From the NCBI GenBank assembly GCA_043228905.1, contig JBHGNT010000022.1, positions 4,588,001-4,652,000 on the forward strand: a stretch of 64,000 nucleotides of DNA, written 5' to 3'. The notes under the pieces are model-generated. The model had not been told where the DNA came from. It made no database searches and saw only the letters and a program-made list of their open reading frames with translations. This document shows, in pieces, positions 51,001 through 64,000 of this stretch. A program made the position numbers and the translations under genes. Position 1 is the first letter of the stretch. Every line of letters starts with the position of its first letter. This DNA is from Azolla caroliniana. Its lineage: Eukaryota > Plantae > Polypodiophyta.

Positions 51001-52256
51001 GGTAACGCTTGTCGTAAGGAGGACATAGAAAACCTTTCCTCCTCATCATCCAACTCGAGCTGTAATGCTCGTTCAATTACCATATCCTCCATTTCCCCTT
51101 TCACGCTATTGTTGTTGAGCGTTGCTCGGATGGGCCGGCGTAAAGCTGCCAGAAATGTTTCCCGAGCCTCTTTCTCCGCGGGGCTCCATTCCAGTTTCCG
51201 TCGTAAATTTTGGAAACGTAAGCTGAAGTCCGCTATCGTCTTGGTCGGCAGTTGCTTAATCGTGTAAAACTGTTTGAGGATTTCACATTGTGGAACCCTC
51301 CGATGGAAGAACCGCAAGAAAGCGGATTACAGCTGATCGAAGGTTGTTATTGCTGGTAAATCCATCTGTGAATGCCAAAACGCTGCTCGCCCATCCAATG
51401 TTAACCCGAACTCCGTCATTTTTGACTGGTGTGCTATCGCCTCCGAAAGGCTCTGTGCCATGTGGTTCGCATTCCAGACATTCAGGAACATGCGAATAAG
51501 AGTTGCGACGTCAGTTTCAATGTTAAAGCGGGGGTAGGCAAAGGCCATGGTGGGGGCTACGACGGGTTGGGAAAGACCACAGGGTGGCTGTGGTGAGCGT
51601 AGTCCCCGCGTCTCGTCGAGGTATTTGGAGAGCGAAGAATCACCTTTGTACTCACAACAGGTAGTACTGAGGTTGCTAAGGTGAGGTTTTTGCCGTGCAC
51701 GTTCTTCTGCTTGGCGTGTGACGGACCTTGTTATTGGCCGGTCTTGTCGTGTTGGTTCTCTGGGGCGTCTACGGCTAAACATCCATTCGTCGTTGCTCGT
51801 CTATAAGAAGACGCAGATCACCAAGTGTGCCAAAAGTGTTCCCGATTAGGAACACGGTCCGCGGTTAGTCCTCCGACCTAGACCTCCAGGTGGGTGTGGA
51901 ACAACGAATAGACGTCTAAGCGTAATGCGTAGGGGAATGTTCTCTGTAACCTATCAACGTATAAGGGAGGTGGCTACAACTGAATCCTTAGCAAGGGTTA
52001 CACTTACGTTCTTACACGCTCAGGTATTCAAGACACACATAGTGGATTAGCCATAACTATACACAGAAAATCAGAGAAGATAGAATTCTATTATGAGACG
52101 TTTCTTTACATTCCCAAAATTACACGCTCCCTCTATCAGAGGTTTTCTGCCCTTTATATATGCAGGGTCTATTTAGCCATTCACGCTTCCTGCGTGAACT
52201 GTTACATGCGTTATGATCTTATATTATTTCTTATTCCTACGCTCTTGTCCGTCGGT
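48046..52256 (-). mobile_element. Non-autonomous gypsy relative of Gypsy-B (Gypsy-C): gag plus extra ORF, no pol
   Basis: LTRs 48046-48485 and 51837-52256 (outer end truncated by ~20 bp), ~16 mismatches in ~420 bp. PBS TGGCACAC (reverse complement of 51825-51832). The gag fragment (50535-51782) is joined directly to the extra-ORF fragments (48433-50553). Confidence 0.88.
48488..48496 (+). promoter_or_regulatory. Inverted PBS-like motif at the PPT position of Gypsy-C
   Basis: LTR end ...GACAACA, then 2 nt, then TGGCACGCC on the strand opposite gag. Same geometry as in Gypsy-B. Confidence 0.6.
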
Positions 52257-52604
52257 CCAGCACTCGCATATCCTCATAGGACCAAGCAAATACATCCCGG
52301 AATTCTTTCAATAATGTAATCATTGCCGTTTTGTTTTTCAGTGACATTTCTTTGGCAATATGTATTGGTCGTGCTTCCTCTTCAGTTCCCAAGTTTATTC
52401 TTCTAGCTGGCATGCCTTCATCCTTTGAGATACCACCATTTCCCGTTCCAGGGCCTCTTGTGCTTGACGTAGTTTTCTGACGGCCTCTCTATCTGGTTCC
52501 TCTCCGACATCTTCTGGTTGTGCAATATACAGAGAGACTGCTTCGGCCACATCTATTTCGAACAAAGGTACGATTTTTGGATTATCCTCGAGATACTGAT
52601 CGAC
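52256..52604. repeat. ~350-bp direct duplicate of Gypsy-B pol sequence 47696-48045 flanking Gypsy-C
   Basis: tccagc.ct.gcatatcctcatagg...gattatcctcgagatac occurs on both sides of Gypsy-C, with ~22 differences by eye. Confidence 0.92.
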
Positions 52605-55295
52605 TTCCTCATCGGCGAGCCCTTCCAGCATATTAACGCTTTCAGCGTATAACGATGTTAGCTCTTTGCCGCTTTTGGTTTGTGGATGTGTCAGTACCCG
52701 TACTTTGGTTTTGCCTCGTTGGAACGTAATCACGTTCTTTCGCCAGTTTTGCTTAATGTGCATCGTCCGCAACCATGGTCGTCCAAGAAATAGTGGATAA
52801 GCCCCTTGGGTATTTAACTGGAGAACCATCACAAAAATGCTGAATGCATGTCCTCCAATTGTTACCTCCAGATCTTGTATTAGACCGCTAGGTGTTACCA
52901 AACTCGTATCTGCCATCCGGAGCCAAAACATGCAAGGTTCACACTCCTAGATTCCCAGGGTGTCACAAGTACAGAGGCTGATTACATTGACGCCCGATCC
53001 TTCGTCGATGATCATCCCTAGTAGCTTGCGTCCTTTGACAATGGCAGTGATTGGCGGACTACTCGTGTCCACCACCGCCGACCCTTCCTCTGGGTTGGAA
53101 AAGAAAGCTGGAGCCGGCGACGAGTCTAGTGGTGTTATTGCCGATTTCAGCCCATCCGTGAACTGGGGTACTAATTCTAGTAGCGGGCCTAATGGCAACG
53201 TAATTTGACATTCTTGTAACGCCTGCCATGTTGGGTTTTCTAATTGTATTGTGTCGGTGAGCTCTGCCGGTTCCTCCTTTTGTTGTTTGACTTCGGCCAC
53301 ATTCCGCTCATTCGCCTTCTCTACCCATTCGGTGGCCTGTTTCCGGATAGCCTCTTGTGCTTCCCACTCCGTCGTCTTTCCTTTTGACCTGGTGGTGACT
53401 TGTTGTATACCTGCAACCTCTGCTACCACCATATTGAGTGCCGGTCGTTTTTCATTACTTTCCACTGGGCATTGGTTGCTGTAATGGCCTTCCTACCGGC
53501 AATAATAACAATACGCTTTCCGGGTATTGTTGGATTCAGCTTTTGGCTCGGTACTTGGTTGAAATCCTGTTGCCGGTCGATTAGGCTCTTCCGTTCGTCT
53601 TTGTTCTGGCTGGGTGCCACTCAAGCCTCTCTCTGGCTCTCGTGGGTATTCCTTCGCCGGTTCCCGATGCTCCTCCTTTCGGGTGTTTCGTTTCTTATTA
53701 AAATGTCGGTGGTTCTTGTATCCCTGTCCGTGGCTGTCTTCGTAATCCCCGCGCTGATCCTCTCTCCTTCGATTGTAACTTGGAGAGTGATTGCGATCAG
53801 AACGGTCACCATTATAATCCCGGTACCTGTCGTATCGGTCCCGGTCATAAGTGTCCCTTCTGTCGTTGTACCAGACATCCTGTATTGGCCGGTAACGCTC
53901 GCCTCGATGCCAACGTTCTTCTTCCTCTTCCCTGTCGCTGCAGGTATCGATTTGTCTTACCGGTGCCGCTTGCCGGTTTAGTAAGTTATATTCGCATTGG
54001 TCCATTGTGTGCAACCTAGAATGGCATAACATGCACTGTGACCGCAGGGTACATTCTATTGCAGAGTGCGTGGCATTGAGACAAGTCGTACATTGTATAG
54101 CTTGTCGAAAACGTAGGTCTTCTTCTGTCGGTAATGCACGCTGGAGTGCCCCCATTGTTAGCCACGAGATTGTTTTCTCCATCTCCCTGACCCGGTCTAT
54201 GACCTGGTCGATCATGCTGGTGCGGAAATCAATGACTGTGCACACCGTACGTAGGGGTTCCCGGAGTGCTGCTAGGAATATTGCTTTAGCCTATGCTTCT
54301 GGTGGTACCCGACTTAACTGGCTGTGCATCCGCTGGAACCAGATTACGAATTGCTGAATGGTTTCCGTAGGTTCCTGCAGTATGGTGTAGAATAGGTGAC
54401 CATCTCTCGTTGATCCACCTCCTTGTGGAAGAATTGTAAAACTCTGGTTTTCAAGTCCTCAAACGTAGTGATGGTGCCGGGAAGGTGCGTCAAGCGCCAT
54501 CGCGTGGCTGGTCCTTCCAAAGTCACGCCGAACTCTGCAATCTTCGATCATTCTGCGTTAGTGGCATTTAAGCGTTGCGACACACATGGTTTGCTTCCCA
54601 TGTTTGTAGCAATGCATACACATGGGCTTCCGCGTCCGAATCATCACGGTACCTGGGATATTGGAACGGCATATCGTCGTCCGATGTCAGAACTCGAGCT
54701 GGTGGTGACGGAGGTCTCTCCTCCTCTTCTGTTGGAGGCGGTATTGGAGGTCTTTCCTACTCTTTTTTCGGCATCGAAGGTCTTTCCTCCTCCTCCTTTG
54801 GAGGCTCACGTGGCAATGTTGGAGGTTGATCCGCCTCGTGCCTTCCTGAAGCTTCCAATTCTGTTATCGCCGGTTTCGGTGTCGGTATATTATCTGATTC
54901 CTCGTCCTCTGGTCCGTCCGGGGAGTCGTGATTGCTGCGGTAATTCGAATGTGCGTTGTACTCGCCGTCCGAATCCGATTCAAATGCTGAAAATGGTTCT
55001 GAATCGCCTTCTCCCACTGCTAATGCTTGCATGATGGATTCCGCTTCCTTCAGAATACTTAAACTGCTTCCTTCGTCTGGATGGGAATTTTGCTGCTAAC
55101 AGAGTGACTCCGCGGCCACTCGCCGGATCACCTTTGAAAAGGATCGATCTGCATGGATTTCTTCTGCCGCCTGGTGGTACGCTTTGCACTTCCACAGTCT
55201 TTCGGCAAGTCATCTTGCTCACTCCGTTACTGGGTCGTTTGTTGGTCTAGTTATCCATGCCCCCCGCTTTTCACTGCACTTGAGTAGGAATCATC

Positions 55296-55305
55296 GTGGT
55301 CGCCA
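55296..55305 (-). promoter_or_regulatory. Gypsy-B primer binding site, tRNA-Arg-like
   Basis: TGGCGACCAC just inside the 5' LTR. Confidence 0.75.
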
Positions 55306-57425
55306 AAAATTGTGTTACTCCTTGGGGCAGGACTAGCCCTAACTTCAGGGTGTCCCTCTAGGACACTTCACCAAAGGGTGGTAGGCGTAGACCTTGATAC
55401 CAACGTATTCCTAACCGGATACTAACCGGCGTGGTTAATGATCGTAATACACGTGTAAGATAGATTCTATTAAGCATAGAACGGTAATTAACTAAAGCTT
55501 CAAAGATTAAACAAGATGTAGAACAACAACACTTTCATTAATAAACCGCTATCTGATTACAATCTAATCGGGTCCTTTTATAGGTCACTGGCTCTGGGTT
55601 ACAAACCAGTGCCAACTAGCAACCGGCCACCAACCGGTGCGGATCCGGATCGACATACCGATTCTGGGTCCGTTCGTTCGCTTCTCAAAATATAATAATT
55701 ATAGATAACAACTCCTGGTTCTAAAATAATTATCCCTTTCCTATTCTGGACTTTATCCGGCTTTTAATTCTTTGCCGGTCAATAGGCATTGTGACTCCCG
55801 GGATGCAATCCTTCAAGACCTTGTTCATGGCATTCACCATATGAGCCACTATGTTCATTGCACCTTGAGGTAAGGTACACATCCGCACAAGCCCGATTGG
55901 AGTCCTCATGGTTGTAATGTCACGACTGTCGACCGCCAATTGGAATTGATCGTATCTAGAGTAGAGATCGCCAACGGAGTAGACGGACTGGCCCGCAAAC
56001 GCCTCGGCAAATTAATCCACACCCAGACCGATTCCAACATTCCGAATTGTCACCTTGTTGATGGGTTGAAGATCTTGGATGAATCGCAATGATCCATTCT
56101 TCTTCGGCACCGTGAACCACTTATTAGAGTAAGGAGCGTTCGATGGCTCCAGAATTCCATATTCACCTTCTCCTTTAAGAGCTCGATCAACTTCGGTAGG
56201 TGTGCTCTTGGAACCGGTATCGGTTTCAAATTCCAAGGCACATGCAACACCATGAAGATCACCATCGGTTCTATCGTCTTTGGATCAGCACATCCGATTT
56301 CCTGTGGGAAAAATGTGAAAGCCTTCCCATGTTTTTTAAGCATTCCGCGGAACATTAGCTTTCCTTTCGTCTCTTCAGTGACGATGTGACCTATTGTCTT
56401 TGGATTCCTTAAGCTTGGATCGTTCGCAAATTCCTTCATCTTTTGCCAACTATCTTCTGGTAGCGGAACTGCAACTGGCTTGATCTTCCTATCCACCGTT
56501 TTATATTCTGTGTTGACTTCAACTTCCTCCATCAAGATGCCTCGATGATATTCATTGATGACAATGTACATGCTGATGGAGTTAACCGAAATCACGTGTT
56601 GATTGGGAGGATAGCTCAAGTCCACGACTTCCTTGATTTCGCCGATGGTGTCGTTAAATGAGACTTCTTCTAGAATATGAGTCACAAATTCTTCTTCTCC
56701 TATTATGCTTTGTTCTTTCAGCACCTTCTCGAAGTCTTGTATCCGACACTTGTCCTTCTTGTTGAGTAGTGTTAGTTTACATGCGTTGCTAGGTGTGACA
56801 CATGTTGCTTCTCCTTACAATCCACATGCTATGCTTGTGGGAATTTATGATTGCTCAGACTATTTGTACCCCACGCTTCAATAGTTCGCTCTAAAAATCC
56901 AAGGATTCGCCTCCTAGGCTATCTCGGTTCCTTTCGTGATTAGCTCGCACTGTCATGGTTGGCCTAAGATGATAGGATGGGAAGCCGAGTGTTGAATGAA
57001 GAAGTGTTGATCAATCTCCACATCCCAGATCGTGACTTTACCATTGGGGCCTGCTCCATACAAGTCCTTCGTGGTCTTCATCGCCACTTGAATCTTCCAT
57101 CCGTGGTTCGTATTAATCGGCCATCTTCCTTTCTTGCAGAACTCGGTCGACATGAGGTTGATCTCCGAGTCATGGTCAATCAAGGCTACCACGGTCTCTT
57201 TCTTCTCCCCGATCTTCACCGGCGTCTCCGTTGTCGCTCTTGCCTAATGAGGTCGAGAGTAATGGCTGTTCGGCATCACTTATTCTTCTTCCCCCTCTTC
57301 CAATCTTGCCATGGTTATGACATTTGTTTTCACCTCCTCTTCATCCGATTGTTTCTGCTTCCACTTAATAAGGTGCACAATAGTATCGTGGAACTCCTTA
57401 GTGATCCCATGCAATTCTCGCAAAG

Positions 57426-60400
57426 TGTTAGGAATCGACCGGCTACAAACGGTTTCATGTTCGTATTCATATGCAGAAAACAAGAATGATTAGACAGATA
57501 GAAAATCGTAAAGACACAAAGAGACCGATATTTTCTTGGGTCCACAAAACCCAAGAAAAACATATCACTATAGTAGAGAGGAAGTACAAAAATACAGAAC
57601 TCGGAGGCAACGACCTCGAGTTCTCCTTCGTTTAACAAACGGCTACAGAGTTAAACTCTCAGTCTCTCTGCTCACGGTTATAGAGGCAACTACCTCATTC
57701 AAACTTTACAATAATGATCAACTATCATACTCTAATAGTTTGCCCTAGTTGCTTATAAACAAAAGCAACTTTCTGGCTATTTACAAGTGTAGCCCACAAG
57801 GGGCATTTTAGACTATTTACAATTAGAGTCTTTCGAAACGATTTCGATTTTTTATTTTGATTTCGGTTTCGGCCTCTGCCAAGATACTCACCAACACAGT
57901 CCTTCTCTTCCCATCCGGAGGGACATGTTTCCCAAAAAACTCCCCCTTCAATCCGGCATGGGGTACTTCATCAAACCAACTCTCTGTTGGAATGCGTTTA
58001 GCTTTTTGGCTGACAACACCTTCGTTAGCATCATATCCAATCCATTCTCGTCCATGTGGATCTTCACTAGAGCAAACTCCTTTTCTTCTACTCACTCTCG
58101 GAGCCAATGATATCTTCTCTGGATGTGTTTGGTCCTCGAGTGGTAGGCGGCATTTTTCGCAAGGTGGATGACACTCTGGTTATTGCAATGGAGTTGGAAT
58201 TCCTCCTGGCGAATTCCCAGCTCACCGATAAACTTCTTCATCCATATGATTTCCTTTCTGGCTTCTGCTGCGACCATATATTCAGCTTCCATGGTTGATA
58301 GTGCCACGACCTTCTATAGCATTGACTGCCACGAAACGGTCCCCCCTGCATAAGTCATTACGTACCTGGACGTGGATCGGGTGGTATCCACATCAGCCGA
58401 CATGTCCGAGTCAGTATAACCTTTCAGTGTGGGGTTACCTGAACCGAAACGAAGACACACATTCGAGGTGCCTTTTAGGTGCCAAAGTATCCACTTCACG
58501 ACAATCCAATGCTCTCTTTCAGGGTTGCTCATGTAGTGGCTAACCACGCCGACTGCGTATCCTATGTCCAGCCTGGTACATACCATCGCGTACATCAGGC
58601 TTCAGACTACCGAGGCATAAGGAACCTTTGACATCTCGGCCTTCTCGGTTTTAGATTTCAGAAATTGTACTTTGCTTAGCTTGCAATTTGTCAGTAGTGT
58701 TGAGCCGACCAGTTTTGCGCTTTCCATGCCGAATCTGTAGAGCACCTTTGTCACGTATTTTTCTTGTGACAGCCAGAACAGTTTCTTTGTTCAATCAATG
58801 TGCATCCCTAGGATTTGCTTTGCCAAACCCATATCCTTCATCGAGAACGATTTTCTCAAAGCCTTTTTCAACATTCGGATCTTCGTATGGTCCTGTCCGA
58901 CAATCAACATGTCGTCCATGTACAACACGAGGATAAGGAAATCTCCTTCGTTGAATTTCTTCACAAACACGCAGTGATTGGCCTACGTTTTGTGGTACCC
59001 GTTGTCGGTCATGCAAGATTCAATTTTTCGGTACCATTGCCGAGGTGCTTGCTTCGACCCGTACAAGCTCTTCCTTAATCGGCATACAAGGTTCTCTTTA
59101 CCTTTCTCAATGAATCCTTCTGGCTGGTGCATGTATATGTCTTCCTCCAAATCTCCATAGAGGAAGGCAGTCTTGACTTCCAGTTGTTCGACTTTGAGAT
59201 CCATGCTGGCTGCGATGCTGAGCACGGTTCGGATTGACGTCATCTTTACGACTGGGGCAAATATTTCGTCGAAATCGACACCTTTCTTCTGCTAAAAGCC
59301 TTTCACAACGATTCGTGCTTTGTGCATGGGTGGATTCCTGCCATCTCCCGGTTTCAACTTGTATACCCATTTATTCCGAAGGGCCTTCTTTCCTCTCAGC
59401 CGTTCGGTCAGTTCATATGTGTGGTTCTCATGCAAGGAATCCATCTCCTCTTGCATGGCACTGAACCACTTTTGGCTGTGGGTATCTTCCTTAGTTTCTT
59501 CAAAGCTTTCCGTCTCCCCCTCATTGGTTAGCAATACACGCTCTTCATCCGGAAATCTTCGGGGGGCCCTTCTCTCTCTCAGGGGATATCTTCGGCCTCT
59601 ATTCGGCAAGATTGGTTTTTCTTTGACTTCTTCGGCCGAGACGAATTCGGTTCCTTGTTCGGCCAATTCCCCTCGTTCTTCGATCGGTTCTCGATTTTGC
59701 CGACTATTAAATTGACCGACCAGCTCAGATTCGATTTTGATCGAATCGACTTCTACTCGATTCGTCCGAGCATCAACTTGGCTCGATTCGGTAGTTGGAG
59801 ACTTATTCTCAATCTCCCAATCAACTATTTTCTTTTCATCCATGAGGACAATGTCGCGGCTCATAATCACTTTCTTCTCGGCTAAGTCCCATAACCGATA
59901 GCCAAATTCATCATTTCCGTAGCCGAGAAATATGCATGGCCGAGATTTCGGGTCCAACTTCCCCCTCTGGTCCTTTGCCACATGCACATAAGCAAGACAA
60001 CCAAACACCCTCAAATGTCGGTACGATACGTCTTTGCCACTCCACACCCTTTGTGGAATATCACCGTCCAAGGGTATTGAGGATGATCGGTTTATCATGT
60101 ATGCCGCCATCATCAATGCCTCAGCCTAGAACATCTTCGATAATTTAGCATGTGCCAGCATACTTCCATTATTGTCCGGTTCATTCTCTCGGCCAACCCA
60201 TTAAGCTCTGGATTCTTCGGCACGGTATACTCGAGCCGGATTCCTTGATTTCGATAGTATTCCTCGAACGGTCCACGACACTCTCCACCATTATCCGCTC
60301 GGACTACCTTTAGTTTTCGGTCGGTTTCTCTCTCGGCCCTTGCTTGGAACTCTTTGAAGACGGATAACACTTGATCCTTCATCTTTAGCACAGAAGCCCA

Positions 60401-62515
60401 CAACTTCTGGCTACAGTCATTAATGAAGGTCACGAAATACTGAGAACCACCATGCGACTTTGTGTCCACATAGCATACGTCCGTATGCATGAGTTCAAGT
60501 GGCATTTTCTTCCTCATTGGGGGCCTTGCTTGGAAGGATGTTCGATTCTACTTCCCGTCCAAGCAATCCATGCACTTCTCAAGTTTCACATTCTTCACCT
60601 CTAGGACGAGGTTGTCCTCGGCAAGCTTTCGCATCCCCTTCTGGCTCATATGGGACAACCTCCTGTGGCATAGTTCACCAACCGTGTCGGCTGCCATGTT
60701 TCCTTCCCGTCGGCATATTCGAGCATTCATTATGTACATTGTCTTGGTTTTCAGAGATCGAGCCACGATCAATCTTCCTCAGCAGAACTTCATGACACCA
60801 TTCCAGATGCTACCCATGTAGCCTTCATCATCTAGCCGACCAGCTGATATTAGTTTCAATGGAACCTCCGGAACATGTAGAACATCTCTCAACACAAGTC
60901 TGCAACCAATTGACGTCACCAAACACAAATTTCCAATGCCAACAATTTGGCATGCTCCTTCATTTCCCATCGTTACAGATCTGAGGTCTCCGGCTCTGTA
61001 GGATGAGAAGCACTTTTGGTCGAGGGTTAGGTGGAATGATGCACCTGAATCAACTACCCATGTGGATTCTTCGCTGGCGAGATTTACTTCGTTTTTCTCA
61101 CTTATGAGCAACAACTCCTCTTCACTCGTGGCGATTGCTGAGGTGTTCTTTCTGTCCGCTTTACACCATCAACTCCCCCTTTCTCCTTTCGGTAGTGTCG
61201 GTAGTTCTTCTAGAAGTGCCTCGGCTTCCCACAATAGAAGCACGTGGGCCTCCCTCTTGACTTTGACCTAGTCCCCGACTTATCTCGGTTCTGGGGACTT
61301 CAATTGCAGCCTCTTCCCCGGATCGTTTTACCTTCCGTGACTAAGGCCTTCTAGTCGATATTGGACTCTCGGTCCTTCTGGCGAGCTTCTTTGTTCAACA
61401 AGCTTGACTTCACCTGCTCTAGGGATAGAAGTTTCCCTTCTGGTCCTGCATTGCCTAACGTGACAACTAGCGTTTCCCAACTGTTCGGAAGGGATTGCAA
61501 CAACAACAGTGCTAATACCTCGTCGGCAAGAGGTACTTTTAAGGAGGTGGTTTGGTTTATCAATCCTTGGAAGGCATTGATGTGCTCCGCCATACTGGAG
61601 CCATCCTGATATTGGAGCCTCAAGGTTTTTCGAAATACTGAGACTCGGTTCACGATGTTTTTGTTTTCGAACATGACGCCGATGTTCTTCCATAGGACAT
61701 TTGCTTCTATTTCTTCACCGAAGTTGTTGTATAGACTCATGTCTATAAAACACCTTATATATGCGTCTGCCTTCAGATGCAACACTTCGCAAGTCGCTAC
61801 ATCAATCTTGTCTGGTCTTTTATCTCCGGACTGCACCAATAGCCAGAGGTCTTTCCACACAAGCATGTCTCTCATCTTCGACTTCCACACTGAGTAGTTG
61901 GAGCCGGTAAGCTTAAACATGTTACTTTGATACCACTTTGTTAGGAATCGGCTGGCCACAACCGATTTCATGTTCGTATTTGTATGCAGAAAACAAGAAT
62001 TATTAGACAGATAGAAAAACGTAAAGACATAGAGACACCGATATTTTACGTGGAAAACTCGAAATGGGAAAAACAATGGGGGTTTACAAACTCCAAGAAA
62101 AACAGATCACTATAGTAGAGAGGAAGTACAAAAATACGGAACTCAGAGACAATGACCTCGAGTTCTCCTTCATCTGACAGACGGCTACAGAGTTACACTC
62201 TCACTCTCTCCCTCACAGTTACACAGGCAACAAACTTGTTCAAACCTGTTTCTTACAATAATGATAAACTATCATCATCACTATAAAGTTTGCCCTAGTT
62301 GTTTATAACTAAAAGCAACTTTTTGGCTATTTACAAGTATAACCCACAAGAGCATTTTAGACTATTTACAATTATAGTCTTCCGAAACGATTTCCGTTTT
62401 CAATTTGATTTCAATTTCGATTTCAATTTCGGTTTCGGTTTCGGCTTCGGCCTCGGCCGAGATACTCACCAACATGGTCCTTCTCTTCCCATTCGGAGGG
62501 ATATGTTTCCCAACA
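57426..62515 (-). mobile_element. Ty1/copia LTR retrotransposon, full-length but decayed (Copia-B), related to Copia-A
   Basis: LTRs at 57426-57937 and 61939-62515, TSD CAAAG (57421-57425 and 62516-62520), PBS TGGTATCAAAG (reverse complement of 61925-61935) and PPT TGAAGGGGGAG (reverse complement of 57940-57950). Confidence 0.96.
57948..61920 (-). pseudogene. gag-pol: Copia-B gag-pol with many stops and frameshifts
   Basis: Fragments WVVDSGAS, HTDVC, KLDPKSRPCIFLGY, EQLEVKTAFL and STMEAEY/RTKHI, colinear with Copia-A. Confidence 0.93.
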
Positions 62516-64000
62516 CAAAGTAAGCTCGACATGACTATCTAAAACCTTCTTCTCAAGGACCTTCCACAAATCAATTGTTTGTTCAATGTACGACCTTAGC
62601 TGTAAGTCGGCGTCACTCGTTCTTTTCCTTTCTTCGCAGATTCATCAATTTCCATCCGATTAGGTTCGCTCGATCCACCGGGCTTCATGCTTGTTTCTCC
62701 AACCTCTTTTCGTGGCATAGGTTGGGCTTGCCCTTCTTTCCCTCGTGTTGGGACGCTTTGATGTGCCATCTTCTTCACGAGTTCTTTTCCTCTTCTCTTC
62801 GACAAGAGCTTCATAGTTGTCGCACACAACCTCCACAAAGCTTGTGTTATCGTCGACTGGATCCGACCATCTGGTAACTCATCGCACGTTCCGATCAACA
62901 ATTTTTCCTTTTTTCTCGCACTCGAAGACCGTCGGCCAAAACCCAGCTCCGAGCTTGATTGTTTTTAGATTCTCTCTTCCAAGTTGTATCCCGCGCGATG
63001 CGGCATAGTGCATAGCTTCCACATGCCTTGCGTCTTCCTCTTCCACATCTTTTTTAGCCCGCTTCTTCCGAAGTTCACTCGTAGTGGCTTTCGTGTTTTG
63101 CTTGAATGGATCATGTTGCCATCCAAATAGACGACGTTCTTGTGAATCGCGTCTTGCAAGTTAGCGCATTCCCTTCGTGAGTGCTCCAAGATGTCACACC
63201 ACACACATCCAAACGCTTCTTTTCCCTTGGGCCCATGTCGACCTAAGTTGGCCAGCGATACCGCTTCAAACTTCTTGGAGAGCTCTTCGATTATAGATTC
63301 CTCCATCGCTTTCTTGTCGAAATTGTTGATCAGCTTGCTAGGCTCGATCGTCGCATGTGTCTTTCTCCTCCATGATTGTGGATTCTCCACGTCAGTTTCC
63401 TCTAGCCATTATCGACACTTATTAAGATGGTTGCAAGCCTTCTTCAACGCCGCCCAGTCCGCTACCAAGACATTTGGTTGCATTTCATCCTCCAAAACAC
63501 TGCCCCATTTCTCGCCGGTCTTTCGTATCCACCGCCTTCAGGAACAACAGGACTTTACCTCCATCGAGAACTCGTTGGTTAGCACGCGGAAGTCGGTTGT
63601 ACTTCTTGTCGAATTCCGCATTTACTCCCAATGCACACCGATTCTTCCCTTTCTTCTTGATCCAAATAATTAGCGTATGCCGAGTCATCCTTGAAGCATC
63701 TTCAAGCATGTATTAAGCAAGAAGCGCCTTTTCGAACTCCGCCCAAGTTGCGTGCTCGTTTTGGATCTCCATGACGCGCTCGCGAATCCCTGGTTCCACC
63801 ACACGCTTAAAGCTAGAAATTTGTTTTAGATCATGGACATCCCTCTGTTGCATCTCGTTCTGATAGGTAGCAAGGAAATCCGTGATGTTCTTGCCACCAA
63901 ATCGTCCAACTATCTCGACTGTTTAATCAACAACGTTGTTGATTAAAGCCTCCCGATCTCTCGCCTTCAACATGAATTCCATGACGGACACCATGCCTTT

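Larger units (their letters stand above)
45060..55032 (-). pseudogene. gag-pol: Gypsy-B gag-pol, decayed and interrupted at 48046-52256
   Basis: ORF fragments 53493-54245 (gag), 52395-53465 (protease), 47062-48006 (RT), 46174-46923 (RNase H) and 45129-46280 (integrase). Confidence 0.9.
41737..55784 (-). mobile_element. Large non-chromoviral Ty3/gypsy element with an extra 3' ORF (Gypsy-B); 3' LTR truncated; hosts a nested element
   Basis: 5' LTR ~55313-55784; its last ~55 bp recur at 41737-41791. PBS TGGCGACCAC (reverse complement of 55296-55305). Order is gag (three CCHC knuckles)-PR (IIDEGSG)-RT (VDYRK, FLDD)-RH (VDASD)-INT-extra ORF, with no chromodomain or additional RNase H. Confidence 0.9.
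55785..64000 (-). mobile_element. Older decayed Ty3/gypsy element (Gypsy-D), interrupted by Copia-B and Gypsy-B and running off the window
   Basis: Gag remnants at 62521-64000 (CVWCDILEHSRREC), protease ALIDHDSEINLM at ~56953-57219, and RT N-terminus PYSNKWFTVPKKNGSLRFIQDL and TPIGLVRMCTLPQG at 55785-56300. Confidence 0.85.

Noticed and set aside
17174-63673. Numerous + strand ORFs of 60-230 aa opposite the retroelement genes
   Set aside because: These are antisense shadows of minus-strand coding sequence or LTR-internal ORFs duplicated with the LTRs, with no independent domain signal.
17175-64000. Predominance of minus-strand insertions (8 of 10 elements)
   Set aside because: Too few, partly non-independent events to distinguish from chance.

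Overview
Eukaryotic, gene-free, retrotransposon-dense DNA, most likely from a non-seed land plant such as a fern or bryophyte (inferred from the element types). Bases 1-17170 are AT-rich decayed sequence with one LINE relic, short tandem duplications and microsatellites. From 17175 onward the window is a nested stack of retroelements: two full-length decayed Ty1/copia copies with TSDs, two truncated + strand copia copies, a small Ty3/gypsy with a tRNA-Ala-like PBS and 4-bp TSD, an RTE-type LINE split by an intact, very young self-priming chromovirus (Tcn1/Tf1-like) with a -1 frameshift signal, and a large non-chromoviral gypsy with an extra 3' ORF. That large gypsy hosts a pol-less relative and is itself inserted into an older gypsy. 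The most striking signal is in the large gypsy and its nested relative: both have a normal tRNA PBS at the 5' LTR, but where the polypurine tract should be they carry a second, inverted tRNA-Arg-like PBS abutting the 3' LTR. This suggests tRNA- or tRNA-mimic-primed plus-strand synthesis. No host protein-coding gene, rRNA or tRNA gene could be supported. Coordinates and mismatch counts were read by eye.
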